From: Marsupella aquatica
Lineage: Eukaryota; Plantae; Marchantiophyta
Assembly (NCBI GenBank): GCA_973895155.1
Contig: OZ316891.1
Location: 9,487,875 to 9,551,874 of the forward strand
DNA length: 64,000 nt
Direction: 5' to 3'
Made by a program: the position numbers and the translations under genes. The stretch's first letter is position 1; the number at the start of each line of letters is the position of its first letter. Under the pieces are notes generated by a model that saw only the letters and a list, made by a program, of their open reading frames with translations, was not told the origin of the DNA and did not search any database. Below are positions 1 through 13,255 of this stretch, one piece after another.

Positions 1-1019
1 AACTATCTGTGGGACTAATTATGGATTCAAAGCAAGTTGTTCACCATTGACATGTGCAACATTCGTCAGCAAATCTGAGTATTTAATGAGCATTAACTAC
101 GTTTTATAATGAGAGATGACAAGTTTTTGAGGCAAAGCTTTTCTCTTGGTTCCCTTTGATTGGGAAATAATCGTTCATTGATAAGGCATTAACTAGTGGT
201 CGGGAACTGACAAACGCCTTTTGTGGAATTTAATGTGTTGCTTTTCTTTGAACGGGAAACTGCTGTGCCCCGTGGGGGTTACCTACTGTACCTATCCTGC
301 CCATTGGGAAAAGGCCTTATCGTAAGAGTGGCTTTTACAGGAACTGGGGGAGTGGGGGCATTTGGAAAAACAATTCACCAAAGGTCGAGAAACAAAAACC
401 CGGATGGTAAGAGACACTGTCCCTACCCATTCGGATGGACTCAATAAAACAATCATTGCTTTTATATCGAAAAGAAAAAGGAATGGATCATAGATCGCAC
501 CTGACTACTTTGATTACCTCGGGGAGAAAGTAGTTAAGATGGCATGGTGATCCTGAATAATGGCATGACATTTTTAGGTTGAAGGTAGTCAAGTTGCCAA
601 GTTACCTATAAAACTGGTTTGGTAATGGAGTTGAAACCAACTGCAAACGATAAGGAGACCGTTTACAGGTCACACTTCAGTCAAAAGTGTAAACAATGTT
701 ATCTGAGTCAGTTGAAGTTTTCTGAGCAAGCCCATCCAAGCTTTGTCAATACATCTGGGCTTCCACAAACAAAGTGGAGGTCTATGTGGGCTTTAGTTTC
801 TAAATTTGAACTCCACTTATGAACACCAAAAAAAAAACACATTTGAAACTAAAATTAATCAAGTGCAAATCATTTTTGGAAATTTTTCGGAAGCCCTCTT
901 GTAAGAGGTTTTTTCTTTGCAAAGTGGAGAATGTTATCTAATTTTCTCTAATTTCCTGGATATGAGTACAACCATCAGATTGTGGCTACTGAGGTATGTG
1001 TTAGGTGAGAAACTGGCTG

Positions 1020-1700
1020 GTGGCGCAATTCTGCCCGGCAGGTCCATAGATATACTATGCTTCTTACTAATGAGATGGTGTCTCATGCAATGGTGTCCCC
1101 TGATTAGTAGGTATGTCTCAAACTTGATGTAAGCAAGGCTTTTGATAATGTGGAGTGGATTTTCATCAAAAATATTGAAAAACATTGGCTTTGGGGATTT
1201 TTTTACTGGATTCTTCAAGGCAATTACTACTCCTGTTACTATGGTCAACGGGAAAGCCACTGTGACATTTGATGTTACCCGATCATTTTGTCAAGGCTGC
1301 CCAATTTCTCCTTTGTTCTCTATCATTGCGATGCAAGCTTTAGATTGCGTGTTAACCAAGCAATTATCAGCTGGCCTTATAGTAGGGGTTCGTTTTGAAG
1401 AAGTGGGGTTACATTTAGCACAGCAATTCCACTCAGATGATTCTGTGGTCATTCTGAGAGGAGATCCTTTCAACTTTGACAGGTCCATAGAATGTTTTGA
1501 TGAGGTTGATAAGTTGAGGGGAGACCCAACCATCTGATCGTAAAATTGGGTGTGATTACAACCATTGGATGCGAAGGAGTAAACTGGGTTAGTTTTCTTA
1601 ACCCACAAACAAAAAGAGTGGCATAGTGATAAATAGAACAAATTCAGTGGCAAGATATGTATTATGCCAAAAATGAGTGGCAATCTAGTAAATCCTAATT
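1020..1700 (+). mobile_element. Degenerate LINE (L1-clade non-LTR retrotransposon) reverse transcriptase fragment
   Basis: RT motifs are split across frames: ILPGRSI, KLDVSKAFDNVEW (~1120-1158), CQGCPISPLF (RQGCPLSP motif) and QFHSDD (FADD motif). Frameshifts and stops are present. Boundaries are approximate. Confidence 0.85.
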
Positions 1701-2528
1701 ATAGTGAATGCATATAAAAAAATGGACCAAATGTGTAAAGCTATCTGCCCAAGCATAGTTGGGGCAGTCTTTTGCTCTGGTCTTCCCCACCCTAACATAT
1801 TCACCCCAATGTTCCTTGACGTGGGCAATTCCACAACCCCCTCACATTTCTTTGACAGGGCCTCACCCCTCGAGGCTAGGTCCCTTGCGCCCCCCCCCCC
1901 CCCCCCTCTCCCTTTTTCCCGTGTAAGAATGAACGTCGGGATGAAAGTGTTCTGGCCTACTTGTCTCATTTGCACTAGTACTCCTCTAATCAGGGGGTAT
2001 GGGTCAGTTCATCTCTTCGTCAGGTTAGTTTTGGCTGTGTCATGTCTATTTTTTGGAGAACCCTCATACACTCAGGGCGTGAGGTTTTTTTTGGATGATG
2101 TTGGGCCTTTTCGGTAATTGGTTGACATGCGTCTTGGCTCTTTGGGCCTGTTTTCTCTTTGCCCAGTTGATCTTCACCACAACATTGGGAGTATAAAATG
2201 CAATGGCCCACTGTCAATTTTTCTATAAATAAATAAATAGGTGAGTAATTTGGCCACCCGATGAGAGAGGATTGTTTGCTTAGGCAATCCTTTGATAAAA
2301 TTATTACAAATAATTACAAACCTAAAAAGTAGGAAGAATAATAACGTGAGGAAAAAAGCAGTTACCGACGGGCAGCCACTAACAGCAATGGTCGTGAAGC
2401 AATCCCATCAATCTTCGAAGATGAGGCCTGCCCGGACACCATCATTTGCCACACTATCCGCGTCGGGATGTTGACCGGCTACTCTAAGCTTGCCAAGCTC
2501 AATCAGTGCCAATATCACCTGCTATACC

Positions 2529-2645
2529 GGTACCACTACCTCTGCCCGCAAATCCCATAAACTGCACGTACTGCCTTTGTCATCCTGCCCGCGATCCCAT
2601 GACACTGCCTGTACTACCTTTGTCCTCCTGCCCGCGACTCCCTTA
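2529..2645. repeat. Degenerate ~43-bp tandem repeat x3 (core ctgcccgcgatccc)
   Basis: ctgcccgcaaatccc / ctgcccgcgatccc / ctgcccgcgactccc, each preceded by a gtac..cct motif. Confidence 0.6.
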
Positions 2646-5597
2646 TTACCCTAAACTGAGCTCCAAAATAACCCACAGGATCAGTTCATCCGGCAACCAT
2701 CGACGGCCAGTGTAAACTCCAAAGATCTAGGAATCCACTACAACCGTCAATCCTACACTGAACTTGATCTGGGTGAAAACACAAGTCATGCAATTCCTAA
2801 TTCATGCTAGTAGTGAAGATTCACCAAATCACACCTCACATCAAAACTCTTGTTCATGTTTGGCAAAAAACAAGTCCAACTTTGTCCTAAAATAGCCAGT
2901 TACTCTGTAGCTAGACCCCAGTAGCCAAAATCCCATGGCTACCATTAAATATAGGGTGACCTGACGGTCAAAATTTAATCTGAGAATTTTCTCCCTCGCG
3001 CAAAGTTGCATTTGTCCCTTGAAAATTAGCCTGTCCAGTCCACTACTCCACCCTTCCGAGCAGGTTCCGGGCTGGTGCCGGGCAGTGTCCAGGACTCCAG
3101 GATTTCTGGAAGGAAGATATCTGTATAGCACGTACTGAAACACATATCTCGGATGTGTGGGTTACTGAGTCTCGTACGATACATTTATTGTATATTGTAC
3201 ATTACAGAAGATCATTTGTACAGATCTTAAGTCATGTATGTATGTGGGTACCATATCCTCAGGATATTATTCCACTGTCGTGGTCATACGTGGTGTAAAT
3301 TTCATTCCCACGTTTGGCGTCTTGTGAAATCTGTGAACTATAAAACTAATAAACGAGCACACTTTTCATTGCAATTAGCGTTACCATAATCATGACTAGG
3401 GTCGATCATGATATTTGACTGCAAAAGGTTCTTTTATTTTGCTTTCAGACTTTAATAGGAGTGATTTAATCTTTCCTGGCCAAAACGTTTTTCAAATCTA
3501 CATGTTCAGGTGTTTTATTTGATACTTAGCCGAAACATGTGGTTGGGGCCTGGTTTAGCGGAAAACATCACTTTTGGGTGCATGAAATCATGTAGATATT
3601 TTATCAGTCTGTTTACTAGTCTCGCATAGAGTTTATCAGTTTGGGGCCTAATCAAAACTGGAGAGAAAAGGGCGGGGGGACATTGTGTCTCAAATAAAAG
3701 CCCATCTATTTTTGAACATCACTTTTTAACAGTGCCACCAATTCATCTAATTTTTTTTTTAGCATGAACCTAAATACCACTCAGCCCTCATTCTAGTGAA
3801 AGAAAATTTAGGCTACTGTCATGACATATGTCCCCTAACATCTATTCTTTTGTCCCCTGTGCTGCGTGCACAATCATGGCTTGTTTAGTAAAAAAAACAT
3901 TTGGGGTCGTAACCTGTCCGTTGAGTGAAATTTTAGCCTAAGAATAGAGGGAGCATGATTGTGCAGCCTATGTAGCCTTCTGAAAATTCCCAAATTAATC
4001 ATTGCACTATTTGACTTTAAGATTTTCTCTCGAAGCACGTTTTTTGAGATACGACGCAGGGGATACTTTGCCTGGCCGGTCAGTTTGGCGGTCTAGCCCG
4101 CTCGGTCAGGTCACCTCTATGGCCAATTCCCCTCCTTTTTGCTTTTGACCGGTCTGTCCTTTTGTAACGGCCACCAATAAAGTGAAAATTGAGAGTGTCC
4201 GTACGTCACCAAGAAAGCATTTACGGGCAGGTGACACCCAAGGAGCCTACTTTGGTAGAGTACCTGAGGTACAGGCCTCCCTTCGGTACAGTGTACAATA
4301 ATGTTTTTATGGATGTCCCATGAATACAGTAGAAGTCTTCTCTAACTGGAAGTTACATTTAAAGTCAGAAACAATTTGATAAATTAAGGCCCAAGGGGGT
4401 CGATTGAAATGGCCAGGAAAGTCCTTTGCAAAAATATTGAAGTGGCTGGGTTCCCTGGCCAACTTGACATGTTATGCCCCAGAACCTGGCCAGCCTTCTG
4501 CTTAGGCCTTGAGCCTTAGGCCTGCCATTTGTAGCCCTTGCCGGCCTAAGGCATGTAGCCAGCTGGAGAACCTTGCAATTAGCCCCTTCTCCTTTGTTGG
4601 GTACCCCAAAGTTAGCAAGTTGGGTGGCAAGTCGATCCCCAGACTGGGTTATGCGAGTCATTGGATATGGAGGAGCGCGTAAAGGAGTATTAGGAGGTCT
4701 CAAACCTAGGCTTCCCCAAAAAAATTGTGTGAGACATCTGGGGATTTTATAATCCCAAAGTTTAGCCACTTCTCTCGGAAAACAAGCACAGCCCAAACTC
4801 CCAAACGGAGGGTGATCACTTTGAGAGGCCCAAATTGGCTCATTTTGGGATAACACCCTTGGTTACCTTTGACAGTGTGTTTCATAGACTCCCCTGCTTT
4901 GTGACACGTTTAAAAACATTGCAAGACTCAGTAGGGCATCTCAGATATTGAAAAAAAAATCCACCTCACAGGCGTCCCACAATGCACTCAGGCACACCGA
5001 AACTAGGTATAGCCGGGGAGTGATATTTTCAGGCTCTCAGATTTCAGAGGGGTCACGGCAATGTGTGAAAATTTCAAGGTGAGTCAATGAACACACTCAA
5101 ATCAGGTCCTCTCCTCGTACCAGTCGGCTCTCAGTTTTGGTCACAACACCCGGGCATGACTGGTCGGGCCTCACATTCGGCGCCCGACCAGTCATTCCTG
5201 CTGCCCCAGGTCAAAACACTCCCAGACAAGGTCACGCGCAACAATTAATTGTGTTTGAAACACCCTAGTGAAATCCCACGATCATCTTGACTGGAGCCAA
5301 AACAGTACCCGGAAACAAAATAAAATAGGGATTGCTTATTTTTAGGCTCCCGTTGTGACCCCCAAAAAAAGGGGGCGGGTCAGGGTTGAGACCCCCAGAT
5401 ATTTCTCGATTGACGGCGATGGTCCGATCCCGTAATTACTCGGAAAAATGTTTGCTGACATTCTGATAGGGACGTCACATAGAAAGAGTCAGGAGAGTCC
5501 GGGCCCGGGCAGGATGGTGAGGTAAGGTACTTTTACCAGCGGTTGGAAAGTGACAAGGCAGGTCAAATGGGTCTACGCTCACAGAACTAATTTTGGC

Positions 5598-5800
5598 ACT
5601 GTATTTCTAGTACACAGATAACATGTACCATAGTTTTGTATCACAAAGTTATTGCCCTTCATGATTTTCTATTTCAGTGCTTCATGGACTGTATTTAAGA
5701 GTACCCTGATAATCCGTACCATAGTTTTTTTTAATCACAAATTGCACCGTATTAAAAGTACCCAGATAATAACTACCATTGTTTTGTATCACAACTTTAA
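5598..5800. repeat. Three degenerate copies of a ~55-bp motif (gtatt..agtacc.gataa..gtaccatagtttt.tatcacaa)
   Basis: Copies seen at ~5598, ~5689 and ~5748. Confidence 0.6.
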
Positions 5801-8737
5801 TGTCTTTTGTGATTTTTCTCTTGCAGTGCTTTTATGGAGAACAATGCAAGATTTGGATCCTGGTATTATGAAATTCTTCTACTTTGACTAAAAATCATAG
5901 AGCTGATTTTATAGGTTTTGAAGGATATTTGTCCCCTGTTACAAGGAATGGGGGCAAATAATTGCTCCTCTAAACGTGAAATCAACACTGATTTTTAGGG
6001 GTTTTATGGACATAATGTCCTGTTTCCAGGACGTTGCTATATATCTAACCTCCTTCTTCATATTCCTCTTTGTAATCTATGGTGCTTTGGAAAACGTAAA
6101 GTGCAGATTTGGAAGGGGCCGTTATGAAAGCTATCATATACTTTTACTAAAAGTAGTTAACAGTAAAAACCTCTCAAGCTTTTGAATTGTATTAACACCG
6201 TGTTACCATGACAGTAAGAGTCCCTCGAAACATGAGCTAAAGCCCTTTTTCCTTAGGCATTATGGCCCATAGTGTCCTGTTATCAGGACAATACTACCTA
6301 TGAAAGACAGAAAATCCTGAGAAACTATCACGAAGGCAGGAGACCCAATATGCCGAGAAAACAATGGAGGAACCCAGGAAGATCAAAGAGCCTAGTGAGT
6401 ATGAATCAGGTAGACAAACAAATTCCAAAATATCACTACACAGAACTGTAAAACCTTCCATTCAACAACAGTCTCACGATCAATTGCGAAATTTCTAAAA
6501 TAACACCATTATCCCCCAAACATTAGTTGTGTGTGGGGCTTACGTGGTTGATTCATCCTTGTTGGCACCAAAGAAAAAGGCAGAACCTGCTACAGCAAAG
6601 GATTCAACCGGAAGCGCTCTAGAACAGACTGGTGACAAGTTGGGAGAGGCCTTCAACAACTCGAAAGGAGCGGCAACCTGACATAAGTGAGTGAGCTAGT
6701 GTACTCACTGCCTAGAACTTCAAAGCCATTGTAGCTATATGAGCAAGATCTCATAGGCAGTGGTAAATATGGAAGTTAGTCAGGTGATAGCTTCCATAGA
6801 GACACCTTTTTGGTTACTATGCGGATGGACAAACTGATCGGGAAGGAGTTTGTTTGCATGGCGAAGTGTATAAATGTTCACCTTCGTTACCTGTAAATAT
6901 TGAATTACTGATCATGTCTTAAAAAAAAAAGGCAGAACCTCTCAAACTTAAGCATCTAAGTGCTGCAACCTACGGGTACCAAAAGATTTGGCCATGAAAA
7001 CATGTTAAAGGACATTGACTAGTTTCCTTATCCCTGACCGGAAGTTATTGACAATAAAATCAGCCAAAGCGGCCATATGCCCCGTAAGGTTTGGTGTGTT
7101 GCTTAGTATAGCCGCCATCGTTGGAGACTCTTAGGCTTTTTGGCTCATGGGCATTGTGGCTCGTTGGTATTCTTGGGTTTTGGGTGTTTCCCTTGTTTTC
7201 CCCCTTTAGTGGGTCTTGCTTTAGGGATCATGTCTTCCCCTATGACGCTTTTTGCTGTTTGGCAGTGTTCTATATGGCCCTCAGTTCTTGTATCTAATAC
7301 CAAGACTTTCCTATCTAAAATGATTGCATCCTTCTGTTGATATAGTATACAAATTTCCCTCCCAAATGATTGGGTGCTAGCTGACCACAAACCCACTATT
7401 GCAAATGTTGTTGAAATTCTCAACAGAAGGGGAGGTTCCCTTCAGATTGATCTTCAATAATATTAAATTTGCCCAAAATTGAAGGGCATTGCCCAAGTCA
7501 TACTCCTTGTTACAACAATGAGTATGAGTTTACTTGAAATACTGCAAAGCCACAAACCAGCGGTTTTCAGGAGTGCAGGCCAGCTCAGTGGCTTGCTAAT
7601 GGCTTAAACGTTTAAGGTTCACTATTTGACATGAGCTACTAGGATGTCTCAAACTTACTGTGCCTTGTTAATGGCGAGCTTAAAAGTGTTCACCAGTCAT
7701 TATCAGGAGGGAAATTCACTGTTTATGACCATGACCTAACCCAAATTTTGGGACTCAGATTTTGGGCAAACTTAACCCATAGGTTATAACATCCACCCAC
7801 ACCTGAACTAAGCATCATTGACTTTTGAAGTGTCATATTTCTGATCCACCCACACCTCGAGTGAACAGCATTGACATTTTGAGTTGTCATTTTTCTGAAG
7901 CACCGACAATTTTTCCAAAGGGCAACAACGCATTAGTGCAGACCAATTTTGGGTGTGGACACCGATCATTGACCACCCAAATTTGTGGCAATCTTGAAGG
8001 ACGGCAGCTCATTCATGCAGACTGAATATGGGTGCGGATGCCGATCATTGATCACCCCTGAGTTTGAGGCTGTAGCATTTCTGGGGAACCACAGATTTTT
8101 AACCCACAACCCGTCCCACAGCATTCGAGTCTCGTAAAATCCTCCACGGAACAGCTGGCTTGAGACGCCATACTGTAGTACTTGGTTTTAGCCCTGCTGT
8201 AGTGCTTGGATTTATCCCTCCAAAAGGACAAACTCAGAATATGTTTCCCTATTGTAATGTTAGTAAAGATATAGTTCTGAATACTTTCAGATGGACGGCT
8301 TGTCTCTCAGGTCAACGTGCTAGCACTTCCAAACTCCCTAGGATTCGGCCAGAGAAGGGTTCACATGGATCTTTGTGCCTCTGCTACCCCATAATTGCAA
8401 ACAAATTTCTAGTCACAATCATAGATAAAGGAATCATGATTCAGTTCACCGTGGCCAATTTCATATATCTTCACAGCCCATGCGATCTACCTTCAATTTC
8501 AATCAACAGCTGACAAGATGGTAAAACGCAACAGAGCAACAATCACAGAAGGATTCCACCGTTGTGTATTTCCCTTCCGACTGCCAGCATCTCTATAGCC
8601 CTGAGTGGACTAAATTTTCTCTGAGAGCAAGCAACAAAATTTCAAGCCGTGATCTTGCTGTGTCACCCTGGTTCTGCAGCAGTAGCCCCATCAATGGACA
8701 TGGCTCCAGTCTTGTGGTTCAGCCCTCAGATCAGCCT

Positions 8738-11700
8738 TCATGGGCGACGAACAACAAACCCATCCAAAGTGCCATTTCGTGATTTTGGTTTTTTTGATGG
8801 AGGAGCTGAGTATGCCTCTCTATCTCGTTTTGCAGTAGATGGGACTCTGCTGGACTCTGGCGACTCTGGCAAAGTATTTCTTTCTTGCTTCTCCAAATTC
8901 AAGGCAAAATGATAATCTGCATGTTCTTGTCTTCCACTGTGAGTATCTTCTACCACAGTTCCACAGTCCTCACAAACAGTGCTGTGCTCACTTCCAAAAT
9001 GGAGACCGATGTCGCTCGTCTTCATTGTGGAAATTTGAGTAGGCTCGGTGAGAAATTTCCGTCGTCTCTCCATGATCTTCTTAGGTGTAACATTCTCTCC
9101 AGAATTGGTGCCCGGTCTTGTCATGAGGATAGGGGTACCACATTGATCAACAGGTACCCCTGCAGGGAGATGTGCTGCCGATGGCCTCTTTGATAGAGGG
9201 AAAGCTGCTCCATCTGCTGCATGATAACCCTCCGACGAGCACGGAGTCACTTCGTTTCCAGCTTTTGACGGAGAAAAGTTCTGCTCCCATGGGACGTTTA
9301 CAGCAGCTGTATTGTCATCCTTGACTTCCATGTACGACGTAGTTTCTTCCACGTTCCTGGATGACATATAAAATCCAGAACTAAAATCCTTGCCAGATGT
9401 GGAAAGCTGCATCCTCGTTGAAAGCTGAGAATGTGGTTCTTGAAAAATCTCCTGCTGTTGGAAGTCTGAGGTTCTGTCTAGCATATGAATTGTCCTGTCA
9501 TCTCGTTGCTTAGACGAGGATCGCCTCCTAGACAATCTCAACTGGTCAGCTAGATCGTCCAGTTCTTCATCTGCTAGACAGTGAACATCCAGAGATTAAA
9601 TCATAGGGACAAATAACACCCTTCTGTGAAGTGACACTATGCGTTCAAGATATTCTCAGAAAGACTTTTTTCAACTTTATGCTGAACATTTGATCCAATG
9701 TTGGTTCGGTCACTACTAAGTAAAACATACCTTCACTGTTGATGGAGAGACCATCTTCATCCTGAATCTGCGCCCCAAAACGGGCATCCCAACTCTGCCT
9801 TCTTTGTGAGGGACCTCCAGCTAAAGGTGCATTACCGGTCATGGTCTTAAAGCTCTCCCGATTAGCACGAGCATCCCTCTTGCTAATGACCTTCAACTCT
9901 TTGTCCGGAGACTTTCCCTTTCCGTGTAAGAAAGCCCGAATATCAGATGTACCAGGAGAGCTGGAGGCAGATTCGAAGTTAGTGGCGCCAATGTTCAGCA
10001 CCACGAGATGAAATGGATCTTGAAGGCTGCGGGACAGGAGCTTAGTGGCCATATCGACCAAAAGAAAAGCTCGCTTCTCTACCGTCATCGATGGTGAAAC
10101 TAGCTCCAGAGGCATTTGAGTGGAGACGCTGATAAAGTTCCTGCAAAAAATGACGGCAAAGTCAGTTTACTTGCTTGTAACACATACTTTGAAGTTGACT
10201 CAATCTGGACAACTGATCACAACAAATCAGGAAAATCGTGGAAGACAATGCATGGCTTGCTTTTCAACGTTCTGGATCTCGATTCAGACCCAGACTTGAA
10301 AGATTCAACCTGTTCAGATCGTGACAATGTTGAACAATAGTCCCTCAACGAGTTGGTCATGTTTGCCATTCTTCTTTGTATCAACGTTAGATCTTTGAGG
10401 TGTGGAAGAATGCCTACCATTTTGTACCCTGCACCCGCCACTTCATCGTGAATGACTTCGGTCTTCTTCCCGTTTCTTCTCGGTCTTCATCCAACCGCCT
10501 AATTAAGTCTGGCGCTAATACCCGTAATATTTCCTGTAATTGACATTGCGTTCTACTTCTTACTTCTGCATATTATTCCTGATGAAATGACACTTTGTGA
10601 TGTTACAAAAATACCGTACTTCAGTTTTGCTGCATGGCCTACTTTTATTACAGATATGAACAGATGACCGTAGAAACTGATTTGCTACATCTGGGATACG
10701 TATGTCTATGTCAACCTCGTTTCTTTTGCATTCAAGGCATGAACAATGTCGCATTTTGCATAGACTTACCGCTGCATGCTGCATAGTTTGACAATTTCTA
10801 AATGAGTCTTCAACAGAGATGGACTTGGGAGGTCCTTTATCTTCCACTGGGCTAGGATCCTCGCCCCTGGCTGCATTGAAGAGCAATAATGCAATTCGCT
10901 CTCCCAGTCTAAAATTAAACAAAGAGAATCAGGCGCAATATATGGGCAGCTGGAAACCAATTAAATAGTCTTTTTGTGGAGCTGAAAATCACTTTGTCTC
11001 ATCTCTCAGGGAAGTGTAAGATTGTTTCATTCTCTGGCATAAAGAAGAAACTATTTTGCGGATTCAAATGTATATCCATGCACTCTGCAGAAGAGCCTTA
11101 TGAGAACCAACGGACAAACCTTTGAGAGAGTTTCTTCAAGGGAACTTGCACAAGGTCAGCGATTGTCTCCACATTTATGCCAGTCAGTATACCATGTATT
11201 TGGTGTCCTACACCTGGAATCTGTAAGCATAGATAAAAATGAATGATGAACATCAGAGCTATCAGCCAACGCAAGTCTCATATACAAGTCAATCTCCAGC
11301 AAAGAGGTCAGCTACATTTCTACAACAGCTGATTGGTTGGAAGGATATCGTTTAATACTGGAAACGAACCCTCCTCACAGACATTGGTGCAAGAAATTCA
11401 GCAACTGCTCCTTGAAGCAAGCATGTTTGCATACTGGGTTTGTTCAACGAGCTTGATAATTTTGCCAACATTTTCTGTCCAAGTATCAAAACAAAAACAA
11501 TCAGTCGTACATCCTGAATCACGAATATATTAAATTGCAAATGTGGTTCCAGCACATCGACAAACAACAAATTGAACCGTCTCCAATCAAAGCAAACCAG
11601 GTAAAAGAGCAGACTCTAGAGATCAAGACAGTTCGGTAAAAGGAACATGAACCTAAGCAATTCCCAAAACTGCATCTTCACTCTAATACCAAGAACATGA

Positions 11701-13255
11701 AATGGACATGACGCACAGGAGAGAGATACTTTCCATACTCTCCATCCATACATTCTATGAACGACAAGTCTCTCGTCCTGCAGGTAGAAATAAGTGCTTC
11801 ACAAATAGTCATAAAACCTCACATTTCGAGCAACGCCGCATGAGCAGCGAAACCCAGTTTCTCTCTCTACTGCATTTCGCATCTCAGCTACTACTTGGCT
11901 CCCCACTAGAAGCGAGGCTTCTAGAAGTGGTAGAGTCTCGAGGCTGAGCTGCATCGATTCAAAGTTGAACAAAGTGTCACTTTGTGGTCCACTGTTTGTC
12001 CTCAATTGTTTCCACAAACCCAGCACATGGCCAGAAAATGACAGTGTTGGAGGCCCGGATTGCAGTCGAGCTTCAACCTGGGCAGTAATATCTACAGCTC
12101 CTTCATCAAGCCCGTGCCTGTAGACAACAAAAAGCCTGAGATTGTCGTGACGGTACATTTCACGAATGGTCATCCTACATAATTATGGAGGATCTACTCA
12201 CAGTTGGAACTGTAACCACTCATTTCAATGCTTTGGCAAAACATATTTTATTTATTTTTCTTTACAAGTCCAACCTGAACATCCATCGATAGATTCCACA
12301 CAACCCATTCCGTTTCATGCCAGCCAGAATAGGCATTTAACAGTTGGTAGATGACGACTTTGCTCGAGTTTCATATAAAAGTCCTCTCATCCTCTGTGCA
12401 AACATGATACTTGTCTTGTTGTTCCATTCTTACTTCGAAGGAGGGTTTAGAGTGTGAACACCTTTCAACTGTTCCGAATCGCCGCAACACCGCCATTATA
12501 CGTTTACTATCGGCTCTGTAAGGCGTCAAGTCTTCCCCATTTACAAGAACCAGCGTAGGAAGCCTGAGATTGAAAGACAATAACACTAAGAACTCTAACG
12601 CATAAGCCATTAGATAAACTAAATACACGGGTTGTATGTACAACAAGTATCATCATCCACATGTTAAGTTTTGAGAACTCATGTGATTTAGAGTCCACAC
12701 AGTACTCTGTTAGAGGTTGTGCCAAGATGGGAACCCCACGAAGTCAAGAAATGGTGCAAATAAGGACAGAACTCGTACTTGCTTTTGGCTTCGGCTATGG
12801 ACACCATCTTGGGAACTCCGAGACTGCGTGCGACATAATTGCTGGTCACCACAAGGAATTTCTGCTCACACCCATAGCAAGTGACTCGTGAACGAAAAGG
12901 AATGCTGAAGGAAACTCACACAACAAGTATTTAATCGTCGTAGACAAGTGCCAGATGTCTCGGGTTCGTACGACAATATCCAGATTAAAATCAGAGCTGA
13001 TCGACTCAACATCCATCATGAAGTCAAATTCGAGTGATTCGGTGTACAATCAATTCACAGATTGCAATTGTTGTCCGTTGTGCATTCAACACAATCAACA
13101 TTGCAGAACCGTTTACGTGCAATAAGTTTCATCCAAAAGTCGCCACTCAACAGTAACCAAATGGGCGACAGACATGCCTGAGTAACACCGACGGGGCGTC
13201 CTCGCAAAGATGGACATCTCAACTCTTCAGATTGAGCATAGAAGCAGTCAATGTC
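8738..13255 (-). CDS. POLI: DNA polymerase iota-like Y-family translesion polymerase (multi-exon; first coding exon not located)
   Basis: Exons: 13255-13178, 12861-12779, 12563-12462, 12117-11823, 11474-11370, 11220-11120, 10908-10770, 10533-10418, 10140-9731, 9570-8738, with consistent phases. The spliced protein reads DIDCFYAQSEELRCPSLRGRPVGVTQKFLVVTSNYVARSLGVPKM...LVLVNGEDLTPYRADS...VERHGLDEGAVDIT...LLVGSQVVAEMR...CGVARNKMLAKL...IPGVG...PPKSISVEDSF. This parallels human POLI (DLDCFYAQVE...QKYLVVTCNYEAR...LVLVNGEDLTRYR...GFDENFVDLT...LLVGSQIAAEMR). Confidence 0.88.

Noticed and set aside
4365-4856. 163-aa minus-strand ORF
   Set aside because: No ATG start and no recognisable motif; lies within probable repeat-derived sequence.
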